DNA of 64,000 nt, taken from assembly GCA_011620275.1 (NCBI GenBank), contig WOZK01000030.1:70242-134241 (forward strand), in the 5' to 3' direction. Both the position numbers and the translations under genes were made by a program. The notes beneath the pieces are model-generated. The model was not told where the DNA came from. It searched no databases and saw nothing but the letters and a program-made list of their open reading frames with translations. This document shows, one piece after another, positions 9,804 to 22,400 of this stretch; the first letter of the stretch is position 1, and each line of letters opens with the position of its first letter. This DNA comes from Candidatus Omnitrophota bacterium (lineage in GTDB: Bacteria; Omnitrophota; Gorgyraeia; Gygaellales; Profunditerraquicolaceae).

Positions 9804-11474
9804 TTAAGCCATCCCGCCGATCATCCGGTTGATCGCCTCCCCTGCCGGCACCATGGGGAAAACGTTCTCCTCCGGTTCAATGCGGAAATCTATCATCACC
9901 ACGTTGTCTATTTCTATGGCCTTCTCTATCGCCGGTCTCACTTCCTCTTTCTTGGTGACGCGTATGCCCTCGGCTCCGTAGCTTTTTGCCAGCTTCACGA
10001 AGTCCGGATTTAAAAGCGCGGTATGCGAATAACGACGCTTGTAGAAAAGCTCCTGCCACTGCCTGACCATACCAAGATAGCCGTTGTTCAATATCGCGAT
10101 TTTTACGTTGATCTTGTTGCTAACGCAGGTGGCGAGCTCTTGAATGTTCATCTGTATGGAGCCGTCCCCGGCTATGTCGAAAACTATCCTCTCCGGATAA
10201 GCGACTTTAACCCCCATCGCGGCCGGGAAACCGAACCCCATCGTGCCCAGGCCCCCGCTGGAGATAAAAGTCCGCGGATAATCGTATTTATACCACTGCG
10301 CCGCCCACATCTGATTCTGCCCAACCTCCGTGGAGATAAGCGCCTTACCCTTGCTGGCCGCGTCTATCTGCTCTATCACATACTGAGGCTTGATCCTGCC
10401 GCTTTCTTTATAGACCATTGGATACTTTTTCTTCCAGCCGTCCAAGGTTTTTAGCCATTCTCCGGTATCGGGACAAGATTTTAGCTCCTCCAGGAGCTGG
10501 CCCAGAACGTTCCTGGCGTCTCCCACCATCGGTATGTCCACCTTAACGTTTTTGCTTATGGAAGCCGGATCGATGTCTATATGTATTATCTTGGCCGAAG
10601 GTGCGAAAACGTCTATCCTGCCGGTGACCCTGTCGTCGAAACGCGCGCCCACTGCTATGATCAAATCGGACTCCATAATCGCGTGGTTTGCGTAAGCGGT
10701 GCCGTGCATACCGAGCATACCGAGGGAAAGCTTGTGCGTGGCCGGGAAACCCCCGATACCCATAAGGGTCCAGGTAACCGGCGCGTTTATCTTTTCCGCC
10801 AATTCCCGCAATTCATTGTGTGCCCCGGAAGTGATTACACCTCCTCCCGCGTAGATCAACGGCCTACGCGCGGAAGAGATCATCTTCGCGGCTTTTTTGA
10901 CCTGCCCTGGGTGCCCGAAAAGCGTGGGGCGGTAACTGCGGATACAAACCTGTTCGGGCCAGACGAACTCGCACTCCTGCTGCTGCACGTCAACCGGGAT
11001 ATCCACAAGCACCGGCCCCGGTCTGCCTGTGGAAGCGATCCAGAAAGCCTCCCGGATAATCAATGCCAGGTCTTTAACATCCTTCACGAGATAATTATGC
11101 TTGGTGATGGAACGTGTTATGCCGGTAACGTCCGCCTCCTGAAAAGCGTCGTTGCCGATCAGCGAAGTCTTCACCTGGCCGGTAATGGCGACCACGGGTA
11201 TGGAATCCATATAAGCCGTGGCCAGCCCGGTGGTCAGGTTGGTCGCCCCCGGCCCAGAAGTGGCCAGGCAGACGCCGGGCCTTCCTGTAGCGCGTGCGTA
11301 ACCGTCTGCCGCGTGCGCCGCCGCTTGTTCATGCCTGGTGAGCACGAATTTGAGACCGGCGTCGTAAAGGCTGTCGAATATCGGCAGAACGGAGCCGCCC
11401 GGATAACCGAAGATAACTCCGATATTCTCCCTTTTTAAACATTCAATCAGTATGTCCGCGCCCTTCATTTTCAT
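9804..11474 (-). CDS. ilvB: Acetolactate synthase large subunit
   Basis: [31 protein letters not shown] motif, [12 protein letters not shown]. Confidence 0.97.
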   Translation of the reverse strand: MKMKGADILIECLKRENIGVIFGYPGGSVLPIFDSLYDAGLKFVLTRHEQAAAHAADGYARATGRPGVCLATSGPGATNLTTGLATAYMDSIPVVAITGQVKTSLIGNDAFQEADVTGITRSITKHNYLVKDVKDLALIIREAFWIASTGRPGPVLVDIPVDVQQQECEFVWPEQVCIRSYRPTLFGHPGQVKKAAKMISSARRPLIYAGGGVITSGAHNELRELAEKINAPVTWTLMGIGGFPATHKLSLGMLGMHGTAYANHAIMESDLIIAVGARFDDRVTGRIDVFAPSAKIIHIDIDPASISKNVKVDIPMVGDARNVLGQLLEELKSCPDTGEWLKTLDGWKKKYPMVYKESGRIKPQYVIEQIDAASKGKALISTEVGQNQMWAAQWYKYDYPRTFISSGGLGTMGFGFPAAMGVKVAYPERIVFDIAGDGSIQMNIQELATCVSNKINVKIAILNNGYLGMVRQWQELFYKRRYSHTALLNPDFVKLAKSYGAEGIRVTKKEEVRPAIEKAIEIDNVVMIDFRIEPEENVFPMVPAGEAINRMIGGMA

Positions 11475-11513
11475 TGTAAAGCGTCCTTCTTCCTTCGTGC
11501 TTCGCCCTTCAGT

Positions 11514-13208
11514 CTATCGGCTATGGACTTTCTTCACTTTACCGCACACCTTATCGGCGGAAAGAACCGCGCCGCGGTCGGCAGAAAGAACCATAGCGGA
11601 ATATCTAGCAAGGTAACCTTTGGTTATCTTTGGAGGAACGGATTTCCAGCCGCGGAACCTTTTTGCGATCTCCGTCTTCGTCAACTTGACTTCCAGTTTC
11701 CTGGCCGGGATATCTATCTTTATTATATCATTCTCGCGGATAACGGCAATAGGCCCGCCGCTGGAAGCTTCAGGAGAAACATGCCCTATGCAGGGGCCTT
11801 TTGTCCCGCCGGAGAACCTTCCGTCGGTGATCAAAGCTACCGAATCCGCCAGTCCCATTCCGACTATGGCGGCCGTGGGCGCCAGCATTTCGCGCATACC
11901 GGGGCCGCCAGCCGGCCCTTCGTATCTGATAACGATCACTTCTCCACCCTTGATCTTCCCGCCGAGGATGGCCTTCATCGCTTCCTCTTCCCTCTCGAAG
12001 ACCCTGGCCCTACCCTCGAAACGCATCATCTTCGGGCCGACCGCGGCCTGTTTTACCACCGCTCCGTCCGGGGCGAGATTCCCGTAAAGAACCGCGATCC
12101 CACCTTCCTTATGATATGCCTTATCGAAAGGCCTGATGACTTCCTCATCGAGTATAGTGGCGCGGGAGGCTATACTATGGACCTTCTCACCGCTGACCGT
12201 GATAGTATTGTACAGTTTATCCCGGAGACGGCGCATTACCGCCGGTATCCCCCCGGCAAACTCCAGGTCTTCCATATAATGCGTGCCGGCCGGTTCGATA
12301 TTCGTGATGTGCGAAGTGCTCCTGCTGATACGGTCGAAAGACCGCAGATCCAGATTTATTCCGGCTTCCTGCGCGATCGCCATCAAATGGAGTACGGTAT
12401 TGGTGGAACCTCCGAGAGACATATCCACCATTATGGCGTTCTCCAGGGATTCCCGGGTAATGATATCGCGGGGACGGATGTTCTTGCGCACGAGATCCAC
12501 CACACGCTCACCGCTGGCCTGAGCGATGCGTCGCTTCTTGGCGGAGACTGCCAGTGCCGTCGCGCAACCCGGCATGGATATACCCATCGTCTCCAGCAAG
12601 CAAGCCATGGTATTGGCGGTGTATAACCCCTGGCAGGAACCGGCGCCGGGGCAAGCTTCCATTTCCAGGCACTCCAGCTCCGAAGGAGTAATCTCGCCCT
12701 TCTTGGCGCGGGCAAGCGCCTCGAAAGTATCGTGCACAAACGCTAGCTTGCGCGTCCCCAGCCTGCCGCTTAACATCGGCCCGGCGGTCACTACCACCGT
12801 GGGAATATTCAGCCTGACGGCAGCCATTAGCATGCCCGGAGTGATCTTATCGCAATTGGTCAAGCAGATCAGGCCGTCCAGCTGGTGCGCGTTGCAGACG
12901 GTTTCCACACTGTCGGCAACGAGCTCCCTGGACGCCAGAGGATAACACATCCCTAAATGTCCCATCGCGATCCCGTCGCAAATACCGGGTATGCCGAAGA
13001 AAAAAGGCACGCCGCCGCCATAACAAATACCTCTTTCGATATATCGCTCGAGGTCGCGCATACCGGAATGACCGGGGATGAGATCGGTAAAAGCAGTCGC
13101 TACCCCTATAAAAGGCCTGTCAAGATCTTTCCGGCTCAATCCCGTGCCGTGCAGCAAAGCGCGATGAGGTACTCTTTCCAAACCCTTCTTGATCATATCC
13201 GAACGCAT
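11514..13208 (-). CDS. ilvD: Dihydroxy-acid dehydratase
   Basis: [36 protein letters not shown]. Confidence 0.97.
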   Translation of the reverse strand: MRSDMIKKGLERVPHRALLHGTGLSRKDLDRPFIGVATAFTDLIPGHSGMRDLERYIERGICYGGGVPFFFGIPGICDGIAMGHLGMCYPLASRELVADSVETVCNAHQLDGLICLTNCDKITPGMLMAAVRLNIPTVVVTAGPMLSGRLGTRKLAFVHDTFEALARAKKGEITPSELECLEMEACPGAGSCQGLYTANTMACLLETMGISMPGCATALAVSAKKRRIAQASGERVVDLVRKNIRPRDIITRESLENAIMVDMSLGGSTNTVLHLMAIAQEAGINLDLRSFDRISRSTSHITNIEPAGTHYMEDLEFAGGIPAVMRRLRDKLYNTITVSGEKVHSIASRATILDEEVIRPFDKAYHKEGGIAVLYGNLAPDGAVVKQAAVGPKMMRFEGRARVFEREEEAMKAILGGKIKGGEVIVIRYEGPAGGPGMREMLAPTAAIVGMGLADSVALITDGRFSGGTKGPCIGHVSPEASSGGPIAVIRENDIIKIDIPARKLEVKLTKTEIAKRFRGWKSVPPKITKGYLARYSAMVLSADRGAVLSADKVCGKVKKVHSR

Positions 13209-13466
13209 ATCGATCCCTCCTTAAATAAGCGGATAACTTACGGAACGCAGTGAATGAAAGTTATAGCCCGATGTTTCATGGCGTCCGCTAATTTAATCCT
13301 GCGAAGCATATAAAACTTATCGCAGAAATTCATATATTTTGCGCAGCAGGATTATATCCAATTTCTACAGGCAGAACAATCGAGCAATAGGAATCTGACC
13401 GCAATCGCAACTCTCTATTTTTTATTGCCGATTGCTCCGTACGCTGTCATATTTGATGACAACGTA

Positions 13467-14792
13467 CTAATCCGCGCCTTCCCCGTCGTGCACTACCGCC
13501 TCGCGCTCCGTTCTCTTGCGCGAGATGACCCTTTTTAAGGTAATATATTTGTTGACCAGTTCCCTGTTGTTGACGTTGTTCAACTGCTTGAACAGAAATT
13601 CGAACTTGGCCTCGATCTCCGCGGCGATCGCGTCCTTTATTTCCTTAGGCAGGGCCATTATCTCTTTCTTAAAAGGGCCCAGCGCCTTTTTGCGGGCTTT
13701 ATAGAAAAACTGCTCCTCGGTCTCGCCTTCCTTGCGCTCCGAAGCGGCGTTAACTTTCAGCCATTCGTATATCTTCGTTTTCAATTCGGCGGGGAAATGC
13801 CTGCTGTCCAGTATCATATTCTGAAATTCGGTGGCAAGATGCACTTCCGCGGTCTCCGCGGCCGGGAAATTATGGAAGGCCTCGGCCGGCAAAGTGGACG
13901 CACCATGCTGGACCGCCCCCGCCAAGCCGAACTCTTCCCTGGCCAGCTTAGAAAGGGTCTTCAATGTATCGAAATCCAGCTTGACCTGGGCTATACTGCC
14001 GTCGGGTAAGACAACGCCTCCGTGCGAAGTCCCGGTCTGGACGCTGATCTTGCTGATCCCTTTGCGCCCCTTGCGCAGCCTCTCGCGGAACCCCTGCATG
14101 AACGCGCGCAGATCCTCGGGAGTAGAATTCTTGGCGCCGACCTCTCCGATCTCGCCGCCGACTGAAACCTCGATGCCTCGCGGCTGCACCTGCCTGATGT
14201 ACTGGGTGAGACGCGCGCAAACGTCGTAATTATTGAACTGCTGTTTACGCACTTCCGGCTTGGAAAGATCTACAAGCGTGGAAGAGTCGATATCTATGTT
14301 ATAGAAGCCGGCCTCCACGGCTTCGGCTATAAGCGCCTTTAGGCTCCCCATTTCTTTCTCCGCGTCCTCTTTGAATTTCTTGGCGTTGACCTGAAAATGG
14401 TCTCCCTGCACAAAAACCGGTCCTTTATACCCTTCTTTGATCGCCGCCGCCAGGATCACCGCCGAGTATTCAACCGGGGGCTGCGCCGTGTATCCCATCT
14501 CCGACTTGGCGATCTCGAAAATGAAAGCCCCGGAATTATTCCTTATTGCCGTCCTGAACATCGCCCTGGCCAGGTCATAGGTCATACTGCGCAGGTTCAC
14601 GGCCGGGACGGTGAACCCGGAAAACTCGCCTTTGCCGCGGGCTTCGTAAAGCCCCTCTATACTGGAAAGATAAACGCCTTTTTTATAAGCCAGGGCCCTG
14701 ATCTTTTCCGCCAACGCCTTCTTCGCCGCCGCGTCCTCGCTGTTGACCAGTTCCATTACGATCTTGTCGATATCCTGCGGTTTTCTGCCCAT
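13467..14792 (-). CDS. fba: Class II fructose-bisphosphate aldolase family protein
   Basis: QGDHFQ, DIDSS, GGEIGEVG, GTSHGG, VQHGAST; ATG at 14792 has a GGAAGGAG RBS (the ORF track starts at 14819). Confidence 0.85.
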   Translation of the reverse strand: MGRKPQDIDKIVMELVNSEDAAAKKALAEKIRALAYKKGVYLSSIEGLYEARGKGEFSGFTVPAVNLRSMTYDLARAMFRTAIRNNSGAFIFEIAKSEMGYTAQPPVEYSAVILAAAIKEGYKGPVFVQGDHFQVNAKKFKEDAEKEMGSLKALIAEAVEAGFYNIDIDSSTLVDLSKPEVRKQQFNNYDVCARLTQYIRQVQPRGIEVSVGGEIGEVGAKNSTPEDLRAFMQGFRERLRKGRKGISKISVQTGTSHGGVVLPDGSIAQVKLDFDTLKTLSKLAREEFGLAGAVQHGASTLPAEAFHNFPAAETAEVHLATEFQNMILDSRHFPAELKTKIYEWLKVNAASERKEGETEEQFFYKARKKALGPFKKEIMALPKEIKDAIAAEIEAKFEFLFKQLNNVNNRELVNKYITLKRVISRKRTEREAVVHDGEGAD

Positions 14793-14883
14793 TTCCAATT
14801 CTCCTTCCCTTGCTATCACCCGGTACTTTATAAGAACGCGGGCTATAGTCCGTGTTCATCAAGTTTATGAATAATGTTGTCTT

Positions 14884-15843
14884 TCAAGTCAAAAGCTTCA
14901 ACAGGCGATAGAGCCCGGCGGTCTTGAATTCCTTCTTGCTCACCGCTGTTTCCAGGTCAACCTCGTTCAGATTATCCGAGGTCACTCCGACTGCCTTGCC
15001 GGCGTGGCCCTGCACCAGTAGATTCACTGCTTCAGAGCCCAGCCTGCTGGCCAATATGCGGTCCCTGGCTGAGGGTGATCCCCCGCGCTGCACGTGTCCG
15101 AGCACCACTACGCGAGTCTCAAGATCCGTCATCGCTGTTATGCGGCCGGCGATATCGCCGGCACTGCCGACGCCTTCCGCGACAATGATTATCCAGCTGA
15201 TCTTGCCGCGGATGTTCCCTTCCACGATCTCGTGGCACATAGAGTGAAAATCGAACTGTCCCTCCGGAATCAAAGCCTCCTCCGCGCCGCTGCCCAGCGC
15301 CACCTGAAGACAGATATAACCGGAGTCCCTGCCCATTACCTCCACAACAAAAATACGCTCCATACTGGTGGCCGTATCGCGGATCTTATCGATCGCCTCC
15401 ATGGCAGTGTTGACCGCGCTGTCGGCGCCGATGGTCTCGTCGGTACCGTTTATGTCGTTATCTATGGTGCACGGTACGCCGATACACGGCACGCCCCATT
15501 TACGCGCCAAAGCCATACCGCCGTGATAGGTGCCGTTGCCTCCCAAGATGACCAGACCGTCTATTTCATATTTCTTAAGCGTCTCCACGGCGCGTTTCTG
15601 CCCGTCTTCCGAAAAGAATTCCGGGCAGCGCGCGGTCTTCAAGATCGTACCGCCCCTGTTTATGATGTTTGAAACCGACCGGCGGTCCAACGGTTTCAAT
15701 TCTTCGTTGATCAAACCGCTGTAGCCGCGGAATATACCGTAAACCTCCAGTTTGTGCGCCGACGCCGACCTGACCACGCTGCGTATAGCCGCGTTCATCC
15801 CGGGCGCGTCGCCTCCTGAAGTCAATACGCCGATCCTTTTCAA
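14884..15843 (-). CDS. pfkA: ATP-dependent 6-phosphofructokinase
   Basis: [34 protein letters not shown]. Confidence 0.96.
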   Translation of the reverse strand: MKRIGVLTSGGDAPGMNAAIRSVVRSASAHKLEVYGIFRGYSGLINEELKPLDRRSVSNIINRGGTILKTARCPEFFSEDGQKRAVETLKKYEIDGLVILGGNGTYHGGMALARKWGVPCIGVPCTIDNDINGTDETIGADSAVNTAMEAIDKIRDTATSMERIFVVEVMGRDSGYICLQVALGSGAEEALIPEGQFDFHSMCHEIVEGNIRGKISWIIIVAEGVGSAGDIAGRITAMTDLETRVVVLGHVQRGGSPSARDRILASRLGSEAVNLLVQGHAGKAVGVTSDNLNEVDLETAVSKKEFKTAGLYRLLKLLT

Positions 15844-17099
15844 GTGCCCATCTCCCAGCTGGCGAGATATTTCTTTTGTTCGGTGGTAAGCGTATCGATC
15901 TTTATCCCCATACTCTTGAGTTTCAGGACGGCGATACCGCTGTCTATTTCATACGGCACTCTATAGACCTGGTGCTGCAGCTTGCCGTGGTTTACGGCGA
16001 TGTATTCGAGCGAAAGCGCCTGGTTGGCGAAAGACATATCCATCACGTGCGCAGGGTGGCCTTCCGCGGCGGCGAGATTAATCAAACGCCCCTCCCCAAG
16101 GATATACACCCTTCTACCGCTCTTCAACGTGTATTCTTCCACCGAGTCCCTGATCACCCTCGGCTTGCCGGATATCCCACGCAGGCCGGCGATGTCTATC
16201 TCGACGTTAAAATGGCCGGAATTGGCCACGATGGCCCCGTCTTTCATCAGCTTGAAATGCTCTTTCCTAATCACATTGATGTCGCCGGTTACCGTAACGA
16301 AAATGTCACCTTTGACTGCGGCGTCTTTTATCGGCATTACTTCATATCCGTCCATCACCGCTTCCAGCGCCTTTAAAGGATCGACCTCGCAGACTACCAC
16401 TTTGGCCGCCATCCCCTTGGCGCGCATCGCCACGCCTCTGCCGCACCAGCCGTATCCGCAGACCACGAGGGTCGCGCCTGCCAGCAGTTTATTGGTGGCC
16501 CTGATGATACCATCTAAAGTGGACTGCCCCGTTCCATAACGGTTATCGAAGAGGTGTTTAGTGTCGGCGTCGTTCACCGCAATTATGGGATAACGCAGCT
16601 TATTCTGGTTGGCCAACGCCCTCAGCCTAATGACTCCGGTAGTAGTCTCCTCCGTGCCGCCCACAACCGGTTTCTTCATATAACGTCCCGGATTCTGGTG
16701 GATGGTAGAGACCAGGTCCGCTCCGTCGTCCATGGTGACGTCCGGCTGCGCTGCAAGCACGGCTTCTATGTGCCTGTAATAAGTTTTCGTATCCTCGCCC
16801 TTAACGGAAAAGACCGGTATCCCGAGGTGCTTCACCAGGGAAGCGGCGACATCGTCCTGCGTGGAAAGCGGATTCGAGGCGCACAGGGAAACCTGCGCTC
16901 CTCCGGCCTTCACCACCTCCATCAATACCGCGGTCTCGGTGGTAACATGCAGACAACAGGCGACCTTCAGGCCCTTCAAAGGCCTCTCTCTGGAAAAACG
17001 CTCCGCGATCAACCCGAGAACAGGCATATTGTTGCGCGCCCATTCAATACGCAAAGCACCCCTGGAAGACAATTTTATATCTTTGACATCATAATTCAT
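15840..17099 (-). CDS. ahcY: Adenosylhomocysteinase
   Basis: [52 protein letters not shown]. Confidence 0.97.
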   Translation of the reverse strand: MNYDVKDIKLSSRGALRIEWARNNMPVLGLIAERFSRERPLKGLKVACCLHVTTETAVLMEVVKAGGAQVSLCASNPLSTQDDVAASLVKHLGIPVFSVKGEDTKTYYRHIEAVLAAQPDVTMDDGADLVSTIHQNPGRYMKKPVVGGTEETTTGVIRLRALANQNKLRYPIIAVNDADTKHLFDNRYGTGQSTLDGIIRATNKLLAGATLVVCGYGWCGRGVAMRAKGMAAKVVVCEVDPLKALEAVMDGYEVMPIKDAAVKGDIFVTVTGDINVIRKEHFKLMKDGAIVANSGHFNVEIDIAGLRGISGKPRVIRDSVEEYTLKSGRRVYILGEGRLINLAAAEGHPAHVMDMSFANQALSLEYIAVNHGKLQHQVYRVPYEIDSGIAVLKLKSMGIKIDTLTTEQKKYLASWEMGT

Positions 17100-17136
17100 T
17101 CTGATCGGCTCCCTGATGGTTGCGGTCCAAACGCGG

Positions 17137-18309
17137 TTAAATTTTCTTGCCGGCGGCTTTTTTGAGCACCGGAGCTTTGTCGGTACTTTCCCAGCTGAAC
17201 TCCGGTTCCGTTCTTCCGAAATGCCCGTAGCAGGCTGTCTTGATGTATATCGGCCTCAACAGATCGAGACTCTTTATCATCCCTTTCGGCATCAATTCGA
17301 AGTTCTCCCAGATCAATTTCACGAATTCCTGCTCCGAAAGCTTTCCGGTGCCGAAACAATCCACCATTACCGCCAGCGGTTCAGCCTTGCCGATAACGTA
17401 AGCCAGATGCACCTGGCATTTGTCCGCCAGGCCGGCGGCGACTATGTTCTTGGCGATGTAGCGGCACATATAAGCCGCCGAACGATCAACCTTGGTCGGA
17501 TCCTTGCCGGAGAAAGCCCCGCCGCCGGGAGAAACCACGCCGCCGTAAGTGTCCACGACGATCTTCCTTCCGGTCATGCCTGTATCCGACTGCGGCCCTC
17601 CGACCACGAATTTCCCGGTCTCATTGACATAGAACTTGGTGTCTTTATCTATGAAATCCTTGACCACCGGCCTGCCTATAACCTCTATTATTTCCTCTTT
17701 GGCCTTCTTGGTAATAAACTCTCCACTTGTATCCAGGATATCCTCGGTATGCTGGCATGCCAGGACCACCGAATCCAGCCTTTTCGGATGCCCGTCGTGA
17801 TATTCAACCGTAACCTGCGATTTACCGTCCGGGCCGAGATATTTCAGCGTCCCGTCCTTGCGCACCTTTGCCATGCGCGCCACCAGCTTATGCGAAAGCA
17901 TAAGCGATAAAGGCATCAATTCCTCCGTCTCGCGGCAGGCGTAACCGGTCATGAATCCCTGGTCACCGGCGCCGCCCCTGTCGACCCCCTGGGCGATGTC
18001 CGGCGACTGGGTATGTATGGTATTGATGACCGCGCAAGTCTGATAGTCGAAGCCGTACTTCGGATGTGTATAACCTATATTCTTAAGCACGGTTCGGGTA
18101 AGATTGTGGACATCCACGTAGCTTGTCGTGGTGATCTCCCCGCCGACTATCAAAAGCCCCATGGTAACGTATGTTTCGCAGGCGACCCTTCCGTAAGGAT
18201 CGTGCTTCAACACATCGTCAAGCACGGCGTCCGATATCTGGTCGCAGACTTTATCCGGGTGCCCTTCGGCTACCGATTCCGAGGTAAAATAATGCTTGCG
18301 CGGATTCAT
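17137..18309 (-). CDS. metK: S-adenosylmethionine synthetase
   Basis: [35 protein letters not shown]. Confidence 0.97.
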   Translation of the reverse strand: MNPRKHYFTSESVAEGHPDKVCDQISDAVLDDVLKHDPYGRVACETYVTMGLLIVGGEITTTSYVDVHNLTRTVLKNIGYTHPKYGFDYQTCAVINTIHTQSPDIAQGVDRGGAGDQGFMTGYACRETEELMPLSLMLSHKLVARMAKVRKDGTLKYLGPDGKSQVTVEYHDGHPKRLDSVVLACQHTEDILDTSGEFITKKAKEEIIEVIGRPVVKDFIDKDTKFYVNETGKFVVGGPQSDTGMTGRKIVVDTYGGVVSPGGGAFSGKDPTKVDRSAAYMCRYIAKNIVAAGLADKCQVHLAYVIGKAEPLAVMVDCFGTGKLSEQEFVKLIWENFELMPKGMIKSLDLLRPIYIKTACYGHFGRTEPEFSWESTDKAPVLKKAAGKKI

Positions 18310-18363
18310 CCCTTTTCCCCTTTCGATTACTTTAACGTTATATGTATATTTACCCGGTCACGC

Positions 18364-19107
18364 TCACTTCCCGGCGGCGCGGAAATACGCATCAGCTTCC
18401 CTGTAAGAATCATGATGCCCTATATCATACCAGCGGCCGCCGAAAACAAAACAAAAAACATCCTCTTTTCTTCTCAACCACTCTATGAAGAAACCTACGG
18501 CGTCTTTTTTATTGCCCTCTTTAAGATACTCATCCACCAGGCCCAGCTTGAAGCCGGGAAGGTAATAAAGGCACATCCCGACCAGCGCCGAGGCAGGATG
18601 TGCCGGTTTTTCTTGAAAATCTACCACCCTGCCCGAATCCAGGCTGACAACGCCGTATTTCCCGGCTTTTCTACTGTCTTTGATATCGTAGGCCCCGATG
18701 ACGACGGCCGGAGATTTACTGAAAGAGAAAACGGCGAATTCCTCGAGTCCGGAGTCGAAAAGATTATCCCCCCCGATCACAAGCAGGTCTTCCGTGATAC
18801 CCTTGCTGCCGATCACAAAATGCAGATCGCCTATGGCCCCCCTGCGCAATTCCGGGGTGGAGGTCAAATCGTCCACCACCGTTACCCGAAGGCCTCCGCT
18901 ACGCCTCTTAGCCCATCTCTCGAACAAAGAAGCGAATTTGCTGTTGGTGACCACAATGATCTCGTCCACGCCGCGTAGCGCCTCGATCTTGGCGGCGATA
19001 TGATCTATGATCGGCTTGCCGGCAACGGGAAGCAGCGGTTTGGGATAATTCCTGGTCAACGGATACAGCCGCGTGGCGTAACCGGCGGCTAATATAAGCG
19101 CTTTCAT
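18364..19107 (-). CDS. Sugar-phosphate nucleotidyltransferase family protein
   Basis: LAAGYATRLYPLT..PKPLL, GGDNL, EKP, WYDIG. Confidence 0.9.
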   Translation of the reverse strand: MKALILAAGYATRLYPLTRNYPKPLLPVAGKPIIDHIAAKIEALRGVDEIIVVTNSKFASLFERWAKRRSGGLRVTVVDDLTSTPELRRGAIGDLHFVIGSKGITEDLLVIGGDNLFDSGLEEFAVFSFSKSPAVVIGAYDIKDSRKAGKYGVVSLDSGRVVDFQEKPAHPASALVGMCLYYLPGFKLGLVDEYLKEGNKKDAVGFFIEWLRRKEDVFCFVFGGRWYDIGHHDSYREADAYFRAAGK

Positions 19108-19117
19108 TTTCTCCTGG

Positions 19118-20848
19118 CTATCCGGTTATTTCCCGCAACTTCTTTTGGCCGAATTCCTCCACTTCCCTGCCGGTGGAAAGGCTGAGAACTCTCCTGGCGA
19201 ATTCCTTCGCTTCATCGAGGTTCAAAGAACGTATTATGTATTTTACCTCGGGGATGCCCAAAGAAGGCATACTGAATTCATCCAGCCCTAACCCCAACAA
19301 TAAAGGAACGAACGCGGGATCGCCGGCCATTTCCCCGCACATGCCGACTTTTATGCCGCGCTCATGGGCGGCGCTGATGACGCTCTGTATCATACGCAGC
19401 ACCGCCGGGTGGCTGGGTTCATAAAGATAGGCGACCTTCTCGTTCGTGCGGTCCACCGCCAGGGAATACTGGATCAGATCGTTCGTTCCTATGCTGAAGA
19501 AGTCGGCTTCTCTGGAAAGCAGGTCGGCGGTGATCGCCGCGGACGGCACCTCGATCATAACACCCACTTCTATATTATCGCTGAACGGCGCGCCTTCGCT
19601 CTTAAGTTCGTCCCTGGCTTCCTGCAAAATCCTGTTAGCCTGCCTAAGTTCTTCTATGCCGGAGATCATCGGATACATCAACCGAAGACTGCCGTGCACC
19701 GAGGCCCGCAGTATGGCGCGCAATTGGACCTTGAATATGTCCGTCCTGGCGAGACAGAAGCGTATAGCCCTCCAGCCCAGGAAAGGCTGCATTTCGCGCG
19801 GGATCGCGAACTGCGAAAGGAATTTGTCGCCTCCCAGATCGATAGTGCGGATCGTCACCGGATAAGGCTTCATCTCCTCGGCCACATATTTATATGCCTG
19901 GTAATGTTCCTCCTCGGAAGGCAGGTCTTTCCTGTTCATATAAAAAAACTCGGTCCTGTAAAGCCCTATGCCCTTTGCCCCGTGGGCCTTCACCGCGGGG
20001 ATCTCTTCCGGGAGCTCTATATTGGCGTGTATCTCGACGCACTTGCCGTCCTGCGTGACCGCATCGAGATCCTTGACGGACAGAAATTTCTCTCCGATCC
20101 CCTGCAGTTTACGGAACTCTTCCTGATACTCGGCGAGAGTGTCCTGGTCCGGTTCGAGGATGACGATACCGGTGCTTCCGTCTACGATAAGCATATCGCC
20201 GTTCTTTATCTTTGACGTCGCCGTTTCTGTCCCGACGACCGCCGGGATCTCCAGCGATTTTGCCATGATGGCGGTATGCGACGTCTTCCCGCCGATGTCC
20301 GTCACGAACGCGCTGACGTTTTGCTTGTGCATGGCGGCGGTGTCCGAAGGGGAAAGGTCGTGCGCCACCACTATGACCTTTTCCGTAAGCCCTTCCAGCC
20401 ATTTGCCCTTCTTGCCGAGCAAGTTGCGCATTACGCGCTTGCTGACGTCGTTTATATCGGAAATGCGCTCCTTTATGTATTCGTCTTCTATGCGGGAGAA
20501 AACCTCGACGTATTTCTTCATCACCTCGAAAAAGATGAAGGCGACGTTGAAACGTTCTTTTTTCAGGCGGGAGATCACCTCTTCAATGAGCATACGGTCT
20601 TCGAGCACCAGCAGGTGCGCGTCGAATATCTGCGCCTGCTCCTGTCCCATGTCGACGGCGATCCGCTTCTGCAGCTCTATGATTTCCTTGCGGGTCTTGA
20701 TCAGGGCCTCTTCGAAGAGCTGTATCTCATAGGGGATATCCTGCTGGGATATCTCCTTTTTTGGAATATCGAACTCTTCCTTGCCTATCCTGTAGGCCTT
20801 GCCCACCACAATCCCGGGAGCTGCGGCTATTCCTTGAAGCTTTATCAT
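19118..20848 (-). CDS. ptsI: PEP-protein phosphotransferase (enzyme I)
   Basis: GGKTSHTAI (phospho-His), GIGLYRTEF, DFFSIGTNDL, GMCGEMAG. Confidence 0.96.
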   Translation of the reverse strand: MIKLQGIAAAPGIVVGKAYRIGKEEFDIPKKEISQQDIPYEIQLFEEALIKTRKEIIELQKRIAVDMGQEQAQIFDAHLLVLEDRMLIEEVISRLKKERFNVAFIFFEVMKKYVEVFSRIEDEYIKERISDINDVSKRVMRNLLGKKGKWLEGLTEKVIVVAHDLSPSDTAAMHKQNVSAFVTDIGGKTSHTAIMAKSLEIPAVVGTETATSKIKNGDMLIVDGSTGIVILEPDQDTLAEYQEEFRKLQGIGEKFLSVKDLDAVTQDGKCVEIHANIELPEEIPAVKAHGAKGIGLYRTEFFYMNRKDLPSEEEHYQAYKYVAEEMKPYPVTIRTIDLGGDKFLSQFAIPREMQPFLGWRAIRFCLARTDIFKVQLRAILRASVHGSLRLMYPMISGIEELRQANRILQEARDELKSEGAPFSDNIEVGVMIEVPSAAITADLLSREADFFSIGTNDLIQYSLAVDRTNEKVAYLYEPSHPAVLRMIQSVISAAHERGIKVGMCGEMAGDPAFVPLLLGLGLDEFSMPSLGIPEVKYIIRSLNLDEAKEFARRVLSLSTGREVEEFGQKKLREITG

Positions 20849-20852
20849 CTCG

Positions 20853-21116
20853 CTATTCCTCGGTGTTTACTATCTTTTCCAGCTCGTTTAAAGCGTTCTC
20901 CGCGTCGTCGCCGTCAACCTCGATAATGATCTGCGTGCCGTTCTCAGCGCCCAGCATCAGGATGCCCATTATGGATTTACCGTTAACGGTCTCTTGGTCC
21001 CTGCGTACCGTCACGTGAGAATTGAACTTGTTGGCTACCTGAACGAACAAAGCCGCGGGGCGAGCATGCAGCCCCTGTTTGTTCTTTACGGTAAGTTTTT
21101 TCTTTAAGTGTGCCAT
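20853..21116 (-). CDS. ptsH: HPr phosphocarrier protein
   Basis: GLHARPA, NGKSIMG; start could be 21116 or 21125. Confidence 0.93.
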   Translation of the reverse strand: MAHLKKKLTVKNKQGLHARPAALFVQVANKFNSHVTVRRDQETVNGKSIMGILMLGAENGTQIIIEVDGDDAENALNELEKIVNTEE

Positions 21117-21137
21117 GTTTATCATCCCCGCAGCCGC

Positions 21138-22400
21138 TTATTCCTCAATCGTATCTATGATAAGCCTGGCCAGCCTCGAAGTGTCGTGCCGAATCAAACT
21201 TTCCGCCAGCGCTATTTCGTCTTCTATCACCCTGTATCCCATCTTGTGCACATTCGCTCTGTCGTTTATGACCGGAAAGGCGTTCATCTGGGTATATCTC
21301 CTCAATATCTGAGCCGGGATATCTCCGGTGTTGACTACGCAGTAATTAAGGATACCCGGGTGGCTGTGCCTCACGAGAGTTTTGACGTGGTCCGAGAGCC
21401 TGTAATTATCGGTCTCTCCGGGCTGTGTCATCACGTTGCAAACGTATATCTTGACGGCTTCCGAAGCCACGATCGCGGAGGTGATCTCTTTTATCAGGAG
21501 ATTCGGTATGATACTGGTATATAAAGAACCCGGCCCAAGGATTATCAACTGGGCTTCTTCTATTGCCCGCAGGGCTTCCGGAGTTGCCTGGGGATTATCC
21601 GGCCTGAGCCTGACTTCCTTGATAGGCATACGGACCTTAGGTATCTTATCTTCCCCCACCGTGATGGAACCGTCCTGGTATTCGGCGGCCAGCACCACAT
21701 TGGTCAAAGTCGAAGGGATGACTTGCCCGCGCAAGGCCAGGACCTTGCTGGTTTCCTTTATGGCCTTCTCGAAGTCCCCCGTGACCCTGGTCATCGCCGT
21801 GATGAACAGATTGCCGAAACTGTGCCCTGACAATTCCGAGGATTTGTCGAAACGAAACTGAAAGAGGTCCCGCATCAGCGTAGGCGCGTCCGCCAGCGCA
21901 ACCAGACAGTTCCTTATGTCTCCCGGAGGCAGGATGTCGAACTGCTGCCTTAACCTGCCGGAAGACCCGCCGTCATCGGCCACGGTAACTATCGCAGTGA
22001 TGTTAGAGCTGTATTCCTTTAGCCCGCTCAACAGCACGGAAAGGCCGGTCCCTCCGCCGACCGCCACGATCTTCGGCCCACGGGAGAGCTGCTTGCGCTG
22101 GTAAAGCAGGTCAACAAGCTCCGTATCCCTGGAAGACGGAACAAACACGCTTACCAAAGAACGGACCAGGCGTTTTACGCTGAGGATGAGGATTACGATG
22201 CCGCAGAACACGGTGACCGCGTCGAACACCCTTATCAGCCAGTATTCGGCGCTGCGAAAACGCAGAGCGCCGGCCATAAGCAGGCAGACCGCAAAACTGG
22301 CCAGCCCTATCCACCGCTTTATCCCCATTCCGGGGTAGAACCATTTCAAGAAAGCCCCGGCCTTGGGATTGAGGTAACTCACTTCAAATCTTTTTTTCAT
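21138..22400 (-). CDS. yvcK: YvcK/GlmR family UDP-GlcNAc-binding protein with N-terminal TM segments
   Basis: GGGTGLS, VADDGGSSGRLR, PPGDIRNC, GHSFGNL, GPGSLYTS, NVMTQPGET. Confidence 0.92.
   Translation of the reverse strand: MKKRFEVSYLNPKAGAFLKWFYPGMGIKRWIGLASFAVCLLMAGALRFRSAEYWLIRVFDAVTVFCGIVILILSVKRLVRSLVSVFVPSSRDTELVDLLYQRKQLSRGPKIVAVGGGTGLSVLLSGLKEYSSNITAIVTVADDGGSSGRLRQQFDILPPGDIRNCLVALADAPTLMRDLFQFRFDKSSELSGHSFGNLFITAMTRVTGDFEKAIKETSKVLALRGQVIPSTLTNVVLAAEYQDGSITVGEDKIPKVRMPIKEVRLRPDNPQATPEALRAIEEAQLIILGPGSLYTSIIPNLLIKEITSAIVASEAVKIYVCNVMTQPGETDNYRLSDHVKTLVRHSHPGILNYCVVNTGDIPAQILRRYTQMNAFPVINDRANVHKMGYRVIEDEIALAESLIRHDTSRLARLIIDTIEE

Noticed and set aside
21960-21985. DGG in YvcK (VADDGGSSG)
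   Set aside because: Part of the conserved motif of the YvcK/CofD family, unrelated to the linker DGG sites
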